Shown here one piece after another: positions 20,218-28,456 of a stretch of 64,000 bases of DNA. The stretch's first letter is position 1. Each line of letters begins with the position of its first letter. The stretch is from an uncultured Acidobacteriota bacterium. GTDB lineage: Bacteria; Acidobacteriota; UBA6911. A model generated the notes under the pieces. That model searched no databases, was not told where the DNA came from, and saw only the letters and a list, made by a program, of their open reading frames with translations. A program made the position numbers and the translations under genes. The DNA lies in assembly GCA_963827655.1 (NCBI GenBank), contig CAWHCF010000044.1, positions 71,242-135,241 of the forward strand, in the 5' to 3' direction.

Positions 20218-20301
20218 TACTCCGGAACGGCAGTCGAGTTTGGTCCTTAGGTCGGAAAACAAAGAAAGGGCGGGGTTTTGCGTCCTTATGAAGGGGTTGC
20301 A

Positions 20302-20904
20302 ATGAACGCGCTCGTAAGCGGTTCCTGGTACGCCTTGCGAATCAAATCGCGTCACGAAAGGATCGTGGCCGCGGCCCTGAACGGCAAGGGATACGAGGTA
20401 TTTTTACCGCTTTATCGAGACCGGCGCCGCTGGTCCGACCGCATGAAAGAGGTCGAACTCCCCCTGTTCCCGGGTTATTTGTTCTGCCGGTTTGATGCGA
20501 TGAAGCGCCTCCCCATTCTCATGACCCCGGGAATTGTTCAGCTCGTCGGAGTGGGGAAAAGCCCGCATCCAATTGAAGAGACAGAAATTACTGCCATCCA
20601 GTCCATCGTGATTTCGAGGCTCAACGCGCAGCCCTGGCCCTATTTACAGGTCGGGCAAAAAGTCCGCATTGAGCAGGGACCACTTACCGGCCTGGAGGGA
20701 ATCCTAATTGCTTTGAAAAAAACGCATCGCCTTGTCGTCTCGGTTACGCTTCTCCAGCGTTCCGTTGCGGTGGAGGTGGATCATGATTGGGCGAGCCCAG
20801 TTTTGCCTGACCAGCCAGGGCGGGGAAAGGTTGCAGCTTCGGCTGCGACACATGTCGCCACCAGTAACGCGGTGTGGGCTTCGCCTGAGACAATGATACG
20901 GTAG
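20302..20904 (+). CDS. NusG-paralog specialised antiterminator (RfaH/UpxY/LoaP family), first gene of the polysaccharide operon
   Basis: NGN domain WYALRIKSRHERIVAAALNGKGYEVFLPLY ... ELPLFPGYLFCRFD (compare RfaH PLFPNYLFVEFD). KOW domain QVGQKVRIEQGPLTGLEGILIAL. AAGGGG SD 6 nt before the ATG at 20302. The track start 20278 is probably too early. Confidence 0.8.
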   Translation: MNALVSGSWYALRIKSRHERIVAAALNGKGYEVFLPLYRDRRRWSDRMKEVELPLFPGYLFCRFDAMKRLPILMTPGIVQLVGVGKSPHPIEETEITAIQSIVISRLNAQPWPYLQVGQKVRIEQGPLTGLEGILIALKKTHRLVVSVTLLQRSVAVEVDHDWASPVLPDQPGRGKVAASAATHVATSNAVWASPETMIR

Positions 20905-20948
20905 GCAAGTGCCTGCCACTTTTTACCTGGTACTTTTGAGGAAGAGTT

Positions 20949-21998
20949 ATGAGGATCGCGAAGTTGAGTAGCCTGCTGGTTTTTGTGCCCCTACTGGGCC
21001 TTACCCTGGGCTTAGCCTTTCAGCAAAGGGTTTCCGAGATCAAGCCTGAGCCCCAGCAACCGGTACCCCAGCAAGCGGTAACCGAGACCAAGCCTGAGAA
21101 CGCGCCTGCGGCGATGAAAGTCGAGAATCGCAAGTACATCCTGGGACCCGACGACGACATCACTATCCAGGCGTTAGATGCTGATGAGATTTCCAACAAG
21201 CCCGTCCGCATCGACACCAGCGGAAATATCAATCTACCGCTGGTAGGGCGACTGCGCGCGGCCGGTCTCACGGTCGAGCAGCTCGAAGCTGAGATTGCGG
21301 CACGTCTCCGCACCTATATCCAGCAGCCGCATGTGGCGATCAGCGTCACCAACTTTCGCAGCCAGCCCGTGTCGGTGCTCGGAGCGGTGCGCAGCCCTGG
21401 AATTCACCAGCTCCAGGGACGAAAGACCTTGTTCGAGATTCTTTCCATGGCCGGGGGTCTTGCGTCGGAAGCGGGACACAGTGTAAAGATCACCCGCCAG
21501 ATGGAGTGGGGACCCATTCCCCTCCCCTCCGCCACAACGGATCCTACAGGGAAGTTCAGCATCGCTGAAGTCAAGCTGAGGGCGATTCTGGAAGCCAGGA
21601 ATCCTGAAGAGAATATCCTGATCCAGCCTCACGATATTATTTCGGTCCCGCGCGCCGAACTGGTCTACGTGGTCGGGCAGGTTCGCAGACCCGGTGGGTT
21701 TGTCCTGAACGACCGTCAGAGCATTTCAATCCTCCAAGCTCTGGCGATGGCCGACGGGTTGACCAATATTTCGTCTGCAAAGAATGCCAGGATCATTCGC
21801 TCCACTGTCGGCGAGAATCGCGTCGAGATTCCGGTCAACCTGAAGTCGATTTTCGAGGGCAAATCGTCGGACGTTGCTCTGAAGGCGGATGATATTCTCT
21901 TCATTCCCACCAACGTGGCAAAGGGAGTATTCTTCAGCACCATTCAGACGGCAATTTCGGCTGCCACGTCCGCAGTCATCTACGGCGGTATGTACTGA
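20949..21998 (+). CDS. wza: Polysaccharide export outer-membrane protein, Wza/EpsA family (Poly_export + SLBB domains)
   Basis: Signal peptide; Poly_export block YILGPDDDITIQALDADEISNKPVRIDTSGNINLPLVGRLRAAGLTVEQLEAEIAARL; two SLBB-like repeats (VSVLGAVRSPG / VYVVGQVRRPG). Confidence 0.9.
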   Translation: MRIAKLSSLLVFVPLLGLTLGLAFQQRVSEIKPEPQQPVPQQAVTETKPENAPAAMKVENRKYILGPDDDITIQALDADEISNKPVRIDTSGNINLPLVGRLRAAGLTVEQLEAEIAARLRTYIQQPHVAISVTNFRSQPVSVLGAVRSPGIHQLQGRKTLFEILSMAGGLASEAGHSVKITRQMEWGPIPLPSATTDPTGKFSIAEVKLRAILEARNPEENILIQPHDIISVPRAELVYVVGQVRRPGGFVLNDRQSISILQALAMADGLTNISSAKNARIIRSTVGENRVEIPVNLKSIFEGKSSDVALKADDILFIPTNVAKGVFFSTIQTAISAATSAVIYGGMY

Positions 21999-22127
21999 TA
22001 TTGATCGCTCAATGCTCCCTGTGACGACGGCTCATCCAACTCTCAAGGAAGGCTTCGCGACGGAGCTTTCGATTCCAACTGAGGCAAGGTTCTAAAAACG
22101 GTACCCAGTGCAGGCAAGGAATTTTTC

Positions 22128-24452
22128 ATGAAATATCTTAAGCAGCTTCCAGGTAGTCAGACTCAAGAGATTGCTGTGCGCCATGTTGAGCCACAGCCCG
22201 CCCCCTATTATCCCCCGCAGCTCAATCGGGGCGATGCGGGTTTCACCGACGATTTCAGCCGCTGGCTGGAATACTGGCAGATCGTCCGGCGACACAAGGC
22301 CGTTGTGGTGCTACTGGCTCTGTTGGGTGGTGTGGGCGCGTTTCTTTACACGCTCTACCAGACGCCGGTTTATCGGGCCTATGCCACCCTGGAACTTCAG
22401 GGAATCCAGGAGCCCTTCCAGAGTGTTCGATTGTTGAATGAGGGGAATCCCTACGTTCAGACCCAGATCAAGCACCTGGAAAGCCGTACCCTTCGCCAGC
22501 GGGTCACTTCCAAAATGAAACCGCCGGAAGGACCGGTGGTTTCCTTTGCGGATCCCCTCCGGAGATTGCGCACGTCTCTCGGTCTCCCCGCACCCTCGGG
22601 AATACCCGGATGGAAGGAAGCGGTCGGGATGGCCGCGGGAAGCGTGAGAGTACTGGCCGAACATGATAGCCAGGTCGTCACCCTCCAGTGCGACTCGACC
22701 GACGCCAAGGTCGCCGCCGATTACATCAATCTGTTGGCCGAAGAATATATCGAGCAGACTTCGGAAGAACGCTGGAAGACCTACCAGAGTACCGGCGATT
22801 GGCTTACTCGCGCCCAGGCAGAACTGAAGAAGAAGCTCGAGGATTCAGAGAACGAGCTGGCCGACTACGCGCGCGCTGAAAATCTGCTGTTTACTTCGGA
22901 AACACAGAGCGTAGCCGAAGAGAAGCTAAAGCAACTACAGGGAGAACTCGCCCGAGCCGCAGCCGATCGTATCGGCCGGCAGTCTCAGTACGAGACTACA
23001 GTCTCGAGTCAACCGGAGGCTTTGCCTGCGGTGCTTGATCACGGTCCTATCAGTCATTACCAGATGCAACTCGCGGACCTCAATCGGCAAATGGCCGAAT
23101 TGACCTCAGCTTTGACGCCGGACCACCCCAAGGTTAAGCGGCTGCAGGCTCAGATCGACGAGGTGCGGGCAGGTCAAAAAAGGGAGCAGGGTAACATTCT
23201 CAGGCGTATTCGAATCGAATACGATACTGCCTTACGCCGTGAGAAGCAGCTCGAGAATGACTTCGCGCGTCAGTCCAGAATAATCGAAGAGCAGGGAGAA
23301 AAGCTGATCCGTTACAAGATCCTCAAACGCGAGGTCGACAGCAACAGGCAGCTCTACGAGGCCACGCTGCAAAAGGGGAAGGAAGCCAGTATTGCTTCGG
23401 CACTCCAGGCCAGCAACGCCCAGGTGATCGATTCTGCGACTCCGCCAGGACTACCCTATAAACCGAGCCTTCCTCTACACTCGGCTTTCGGCCTGGTTTG
23501 CGGTTTATTCTCCGGTGTTTTGTTGGCTTTCGTGCTCGAGCGCTCGAATGCCAGCATCCAGATGCCGGGTTTTCTGCCCTTCTACCTCAATGTGCGAGAG
23601 CTGGGAGTTATTCCTTCCGCGAAAGCGGATCCCGAAATGCGCCACTTGAGCAAGAAGTGGCAGCCGTTCGCCCTCCTCGGATCGAGCAAGCGCGACGCCG
23701 GAGCCCCCGGAAATGGCAAAGATCCTCGACGGGACGATGCCGAGTCCGTGGAACTCGTTACCTGGACGCGGAAGCCGTCGCTTATGGCGGAATCGTTCAG
23801 GGCCACGATGGCGTCGATCCTGTTCTCGGGGCAGAATGGAAACCGGCCTCAGATCATCATTCTCACCAGCCCGTCCCCCAAAGACGGGAAGAGCACCATC
23901 ATCAGCAACCTGGCCATCGCCATGGCCGAGATCAATCGACGCGTGTTGCTCATCGACGCCGACATGAGAATACCCCGGCTCCACAAGATCTTCGACATCA
24001 CCAATAGCTGGGGGCTGAGCGATGTGCTCTACGATCGGATTCCGATTGAGGACTACCCCGAAGAATCAATCGTGCGCAAGACCCAGATTCCCAATCTCAG
24101 CCTTTTGCCCAGCGGCCCGCGTCGCGTGAGCATTTCAAGCCTGCTCTATTCTCACCGGATGGCAGAGCTGCTGTTCCGATTCAGGAGGGACTTTGAAACC
24201 ATCCTGATTGACACGGCTCCCATGCTACAGATCTCCGACGCGCGCGTCCTGGCTCGCCTGTCCGACGGCGTCATCCTGGTATGCCGCGCCGGGCACACCA
24301 CACGTGACGTGGCGATCGCGGGCATCAACTGTTTTGAAGAGGACGGCACGCCTGTGCTCGGCACGATTCTGAACAACTGGGATCCCAACGTCACAGGCTA
24401 CAAGGCCTATTCCGCCTACTCCGAGTATTGTCGCAGCTCGCAAGCCTCTTAG
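22128..24452 (+). CDS. wzc: Polysaccharide co-polymerase / tyrosine autokinase (Wzc, GumC/EpsB-like BY-kinase)
   Basis: 774 aa. N-terminal Wzz domain with two TM segments and long coiled coils. C-terminal kinase with Walker A (SPSPKDGKST) and Walker B (LLIDADMR). C-terminal tyrosine cluster YKAYSAYSEY. Confidence 0.9.
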   Translation: MKYLKQLPGSQTQEIAVRHVEPQPAPYYPPQLNRGDAGFTDDFSRWLEYWQIVRRHKAVVVLLALLGGVGAFLYTLYQTPVYRAYATLELQGIQEPFQSVRLLNEGNPYVQTQIKHLESRTLRQRVTSKMKPPEGPVVSFADPLRRLRTSLGLPAPSGIPGWKEAVGMAAGSVRVLAEHDSQVVTLQCDSTDAKVAADYINLLAEEYIEQTSEERWKTYQSTGDWLTRAQAELKKKLEDSENELADYARAENLLFTSETQSVAEEKLKQLQGELARAAADRIGRQSQYETTVSSQPEALPAVLDHGPISHYQMQLADLNRQMAELTSALTPDHPKVKRLQAQIDEVRAGQKREQGNILRRIRIEYDTALRREKQLENDFARQSRIIEEQGEKLIRYKILKREVDSNRQLYEATLQKGKEASIASALQASNAQVIDSATPPGLPYKPSLPLHSAFGLVCGLFSGVLLAFVLERSNASIQMPGFLPFYLNVRELGVIPSAKADPEMRHLSKKWQPFALLGSSKRDAGAPGNGKDPRRDDAESVELVTWTRKPSLMAESFRATMASILFSGQNGNRPQIIILTSPSPKDGKSTIISNLAIAMAEINRRVLLIDADMRIPRLHKIFDITNSWGLSDVLYDRIPIEDYPEESIVRKTQIPNLSLLPSGPRRVSISSLLYSHRMAELLFRFRRDFETILIDTAPMLQISDARVLARLSDGVILVCRAGHTTRDVAIAGINCFEEDGTPVLGTILNNWDPNVTGYKAYSAYSEYCRSSQAS

Positions 24453-24562
24453 CGAGCCCTCCAGGTGTCTTCGCGTCTCGGCGGTGGATGTTTTTGTTGC
24501 CCCACCCCGAAGACGCGAAGGCGCACATGAAACGCGAAGCGACATTTTAAGGCGAAGCACTC
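24453..24562. other. Structured intergenic element: nested inverted repeats (GTCTTCGCGTCT...AGACGCGAAGGC outer; GGTGG...CCACC inner) between wzc and the carbamoyltransferase
   Basis: Seen directly; 10/12 complementary outer arms enclosing a second stem. No U-run, so not a canonical intrinsic terminator. Confidence 0.3.
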
Positions 24563-26416
24563 GTGACCACCAGCATCCTCGGAATCTCGGGCTACTACCA
24601 CGACTCCGCCGCCGCCCTGATAAGCGACGGTGAAATCATTGCGGCAGCTCAAGAGGAACGTTTTACCCGGCTCAAGGGGGACCCGCGGTTTCCTGGCAAC
24701 GCAATAGCTTATTGCCTTGCCGAGGCCAACATCGATTCGTCAGAGCTTGACTACGTCGTCTTTTACGAACAACCGTGGATCAAGTTCGGGCGTCTGATGG
24801 AGACCTACCTCGCTTTCGCTCCCCGGGGCTTTCAGTCCTTCCGCCAGGCCGCGCCGGTCTGGGCCCGCCACAAGCTGCGTCTGTCGCAGGAAATAAAATC
24901 GCGACTGGGACCGAAGTTCCGAGGCCGCTTCTGTTTTGCCCGGCATCACGAATCCCATGCGGCAAGCGCTTTCTTCCCCTCCCCCTTCGAAGAGGCGACT
25001 ATCCTCACGCTGGACGCCGTTGGCGAATGGGCGACAAGCTCGATCGGCGTCGGTCGCGGAAACCGACTTACCCTCACCCACGAGCTGCATTTCCCTCACT
25101 CGCTGGGAATGCTCTACTCGGCCTTCACTTACTACACGGGCTTCAAGGTCAATTCCGGCGAATACAAGCTGATGGGCCTGGCGCCTTATGGCAAGCCGCA
25201 ATACGTCGATGTGATTCTCGAGAAAATCGTCCGGATCGCCGATGATGGCTCCCTCTGGCTCGACATGGACTACTTCAACTACTGCCAGGGTCTGACGATG
25301 ACCTCGGACAAATTTCATAATCTCTTCGGGGGGCCGCCGCGCAAACCGGATAGCATGCTTACTCAGAAGGACATGGACCTGGCCGCGTCCATACAGGTTG
25401 TCTGTGAAGAGGTAGTCCTCCGCAACGCCCGGCACGCGCATCAGCTGACGGGGATGCGGAACCTGGTCATGGCGGGCGGCGTAGCGCTGAATTGTGTCGC
25501 TAATGGCCGGATTCTACGCGAGGGTCCCTTCGAGAAAATCTGGGTCCAGCCGGCTGCGGGAGATGCGGGAGGAGCCCTCGGCGCGGCCCTGCTGACATGG
25601 CACCAACTGCTCGGAAAATCGCGACAACCCAAGCCGCAAGACAGTCAGGGGGGGTCCCTTCTAGGGCCGGCCTTCACCAATGATGAGATCGCCCTTTTTC
25701 TTGACTCGGTCGGTGCCCACTACGACTACCTTGGCGACGAAAGCAGCTTGATCGATCGCGTGGGCCAGCTGTTAGCTCAAGAAAAGATCATCGGCTTCTT
25801 CCAGGGACGTATGGAGTTCGGACCTCGCGCCCTGGGATCCCGCAGCATCATAGGCGATGCTCGCTCCCCCCGGATGCAGCAAGACATGAACTTGAAAATA
25901 AAGTTCCGGGAATCGTTCCGGCCGTTTGCTCCGTCGGTGCTGCGTGAATTCGCCGACACGCTGTTTACACTCCGTCCGAACGAGGAGAGTCCTTATATGT
26001 TGTTCGTCGCACCGGTTCGTGAAGGCGTGAGAAAGCCCCTGAACCCTGAGGACCTCGAGCGAATGCAGGACCCCGATTTGAGAGTTCGAGTCTCGGTGCC
26101 GCGATCGAGCGTCCCGGCGGTAACCCACGTCGACTATTCTGCAAGAATCCAGACCCTCGATCCGGAACGTCACGGTCGCTTCTACCGCCTGGTGCGACGG
26201 TTTTACGAACTGACCGGGTGTCCTGTAGTCGTCAATACAAGCTTCAACATACGGGGTGAGCCCATCGTTTGCACGCCCGACCAGGCGTTTCGCTGCTTCA
26301 TGGCCACAGATATGGACTGCCTGGTTCTGGAGAACTTCGTTCTTATGAAAGACACTCAACCCGCAGGCCTGCTGCAGGACGCCGAGGCCTATAAGGCACA
26401 GTATTCCCCGGACTAG
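24563..26416 (+). CDS. Carbamoyltransferase, NodU/CmcH family (polysaccharide O-carbamoylation candidate)
   Basis: 617 aa, GTG start. N-terminal ILGISGYYHDSAAALISDGEIIAAAQEERFTR is the hallmark Carbam_trans_N start. Carbam_trans_C blocks follow (GRMEFGPRALGSRSI, NTSFNIRGEPIVCTPD). Confidence 0.9.
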   Translation: MTTSILGISGYYHDSAAALISDGEIIAAAQEERFTRLKGDPRFPGNAIAYCLAEANIDSSELDYVVFYEQPWIKFGRLMETYLAFAPRGFQSFRQAAPVWARHKLRLSQEIKSRLGPKFRGRFCFARHHESHAASAFFPSPFEEATILTLDAVGEWATSSIGVGRGNRLTLTHELHFPHSLGMLYSAFTYYTGFKVNSGEYKLMGLAPYGKPQYVDVILEKIVRIADDGSLWLDMDYFNYCQGLTMTSDKFHNLFGGPPRKPDSMLTQKDMDLAASIQVVCEEVVLRNARHAHQLTGMRNLVMAGGVALNCVANGRILREGPFEKIWVQPAAGDAGGALGAALLTWHQLLGKSRQPKPQDSQGGSLLGPAFTNDEIALFLDSVGAHYDYLGDESSLIDRVGQLLAQEKIIGFFQGRMEFGPRALGSRSIIGDARSPRMQQDMNLKIKFRESFRPFAPSVLREFADTLFTLRPNEESPYMLFVAPVREGVRKPLNPEDLERMQDPDLRVRVSVPRSSVPAVTHVDYSARIQTLDPERHGRFYRLVRRFYELTGCPVVVNTSFNIRGEPIVCTPDQAFRCFMATDMDCLVLENFVLMKDTQPAGLLQDAEAYKAQYSPD

Positions 26417-26420
26417 AGTT

Positions 26421-26987
26421 ATGTTTTCACTCATCCTTCCTCCCGCGCGACGTTATTCCATTCTGATCGGTTTCTGGCTCGCTCTCAGTCTTTTCGCTGG
26501 AATAACCCTCGGTGCTATTCTGTCGCTGTGGGTATCCCCGACGCTGATGACTCTCGGTCTGATTGCGGTTCCGGTCCTGGCTCTACCCGGACTGCTGTGG
26601 CCGCAGGTGGCGATTCTACCTTACGTGGTCTGGAATAAACTGGCGAGGGAGTTCGGGCGCTATTCGCGCGCGTGGTTGATGGCCATCTGCTTCTATGTGA
26701 TTGTGGTGGCTGTAGGGCGAAGCGGAGCGTCACTCCAGCTTGCCCGTCCTGATTCAGGCCAATCGCTGTGGGTTCGCCGGCAAGATCCCTCTGGAGCCCG
26801 CAACGGCTTCGAACGGGTCGTCGCCGCGGATGAATCTTCCAAGAGCTGGATTCGCAACTTCCTCAAGTGGAGTGCGCGATCGAGCAATCTTTGGGCCTGC
26901 GGCGTGCTGCCGTTCTTAGTCCTGATCTCGGCTCTCGACCCCGAACAGGACAACACCGTCCCCAAAGATATCTACACGCTATTCTAA
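26421..26987 (+). CDS. Hypothetical membrane protein (3-4 TM helices)
   Basis: Hydrophobic segments ILIGFWLALSLFAGITLGAILSLWV / LGLIAVPVLALPGLLW / AWLMAICFYVIVVAV / LWACGVLPFLVLISAL. No recognisable domain. Tightly packed between the carbamoyltransferase and SGNH genes. Confidence 0.5.
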   Translation: MFSLILPPARRYSILIGFWLALSLFAGITLGAILSLWVSPTLMTLGLIAVPVLALPGLLWPQVAILPYVVWNKLAREFGRYSRAWLMAICFYVIVVAVGRSGASLQLARPDSGQSLWVRRQDPSGARNGFERVVAADESSKSWIRNFLKWSARSSNLWACGVLPFLVLISALDPEQDNTVPKDIYTLF

Positions 26988-26995
26988 GGTTTTCA

Positions 26996-28117
26996 GTGAC
27001 TTCCATTCGCTCAGTTCTGGCCCTGATCGCCTCCCTGGCCGGTTTGCTTCTGGCGGCTCCAATTGTCGTGCTTGGTCTCCCCTTCTGGGCGGTAGCCTGG
27101 CTGACCAAGCGAATCACCGGATTGCTGGAACCGGAGATCGTGCTCTGGGACCAGCTCATAAGATTCGACCCGACCTTCGGCTGGAAGCCGAAGGCGAACC
27201 TGAATACTCACTGCGTTTCAGAGTTGGGAGGCGAGGTCTTTCACGTAACGACCGATTCTGAGGGATGGCCGGGAGCGTCCACGATCGACGAGAGCTCAAT
27301 CACGGTCTTCGGCGACTCCTTCGCTTTCGGTTACGGAGTGAACGCTGAGGCCTTGTTTTCCGAGGTCAATCCTAAACTCCGCGTCAAAGCCATCGGAGCT
27401 CCCGGCTACAACATGGTTCAGGAAGTGATGTGGATGGATCGATTGTCGTCCCATCTCAGAGGGAAGCTCGTCGTTTGGTTTATTTATGTTGGCAACGATC
27501 TGTACGAGAACCTGCAGCCAAACATGCAGGATTACCGAACGCCTTTTGTGCGCCGTGCCGGTTCGACCGGTGAGTGGCAGATCGTCACCAGCCATCTCAG
27601 CTCGTCGAGGTGGTGGCCGTATCACGTGAATGACAAGTTGAGGTCCGCTCAGAGATTCGCCGCAATCTTCGGGACATCCTTCTTGTCAGAGCGGGTCTAT
27701 TCGGCCTGCGAGTTTCTGATCAGAAAAGGAAACAATATCTGTGCGCACGCCGGCGCCTCGCTGGCAGTCACTACAATACCCATCATAGATCAACTGAGCT
27801 TGAATGGCTGGAAACAGCGAATATCTGAGCTGGGATATCCGGAATCTCTCGACCTCAACCAGCCGGACCGTAAAATCGCCGAAATCTGCTCGACGTTGGG
27901 AGTCCGCTTCGTCGCAGGAAAGGACCACCTCAATGCCCGGCATTTCATTCCGGCAGACGGTCATTGGAATGAAAAGGGGCATCAAAGAATAGCGGATCTG
28001 CTGGCCGAGCTTCATCAACAGCGGCACCCGGCGGCCCGGAACGATACTGATCCGGAACTGCGTCTCTCACACGCGCAAAAACGCCCGACGGGCACGTTTC
28101 AGTGGCGCACCGATTGA
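26996..28117 (+). CDS. SGNH/GDSL-fold hydrolase or acyltransferase with N-terminal membrane anchor (paralog 1)
   Basis: Block I VFGDSFAFGYGV (GDS nucleophile), block V DGHWNEKGH (DxxH). GTG start at 26996 chosen because the track ORF overlaps the previous gene with no internal ATG. N-terminal hydrophobic anchor LALIASLAGLLLAAPIVVLGLPFW. Confidence 0.7.
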   Translation: MTSIRSVLALIASLAGLLLAAPIVVLGLPFWAVAWLTKRITGLLEPEIVLWDQLIRFDPTFGWKPKANLNTHCVSELGGEVFHVTTDSEGWPGASTIDESSITVFGDSFAFGYGVNAEALFSEVNPKLRVKAIGAPGYNMVQEVMWMDRLSSHLRGKLVVWFIYVGNDLYENLQPNMQDYRTPFVRRAGSTGEWQIVTSHLSSSRWWPYHVNDKLRSAQRFAAIFGTSFLSERVYSACEFLIRKGNNICAHAGASLAVTTIPIIDQLSLNGWKQRISELGYPESLDLNQPDRKIAEICSTLGVRFVAGKDHLNARHFIPADGHWNEKGHQRIADLLAELHQQRHPAARNDTDPELRLSHAQKRPTGTFQWRTD

Positions 28118-28456
28118 CTGAGACCAGGGGTTTCCACGTGGCTTCGAGTCTAAGTCACTGGCTGCATTTAGGCAAGTCGCGGGCATCGGTGTGTCAGGCG
28201 TCCTCGAATTTGCTGGCGCTTCATGGATCTTACCCCTGAGAACAAAACTCGAGAAAAACAAAGTATGGATCTACGGCCAGAACGATTCGACGCACTGGTC
28301 CCACCCTGGCACGGCTTTTGCGGCAGAGACGATGGCGGAAGAACTCGTAAAGGTGATGGCCCAATAGCACAGGCGCCCCGTTCAGGTTTCACGCAAACGT
28401 CCTCCGGGCGCAACGTCTCATTGATTTCGTAATAATAACCATCGCTGGAGCTGATC

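Larger units (their letters stand above)
19207..20301 (+). promoter_or_regulatory. 1.1-kb low-coding, AT-richer leader/regulatory region upstream of the NusG-paralog-led polysaccharide operon
   Basis: No ORF here has protein-like composition. GC is visibly lower than in flanking genes. It contains the palindromic direct repeats (19861-19878, 19951-19970), two tiny ORFs with strong SDs (19329-19406, 19416-19445) and the ops-like motif at 20205-20217. Confidence 0.5.
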
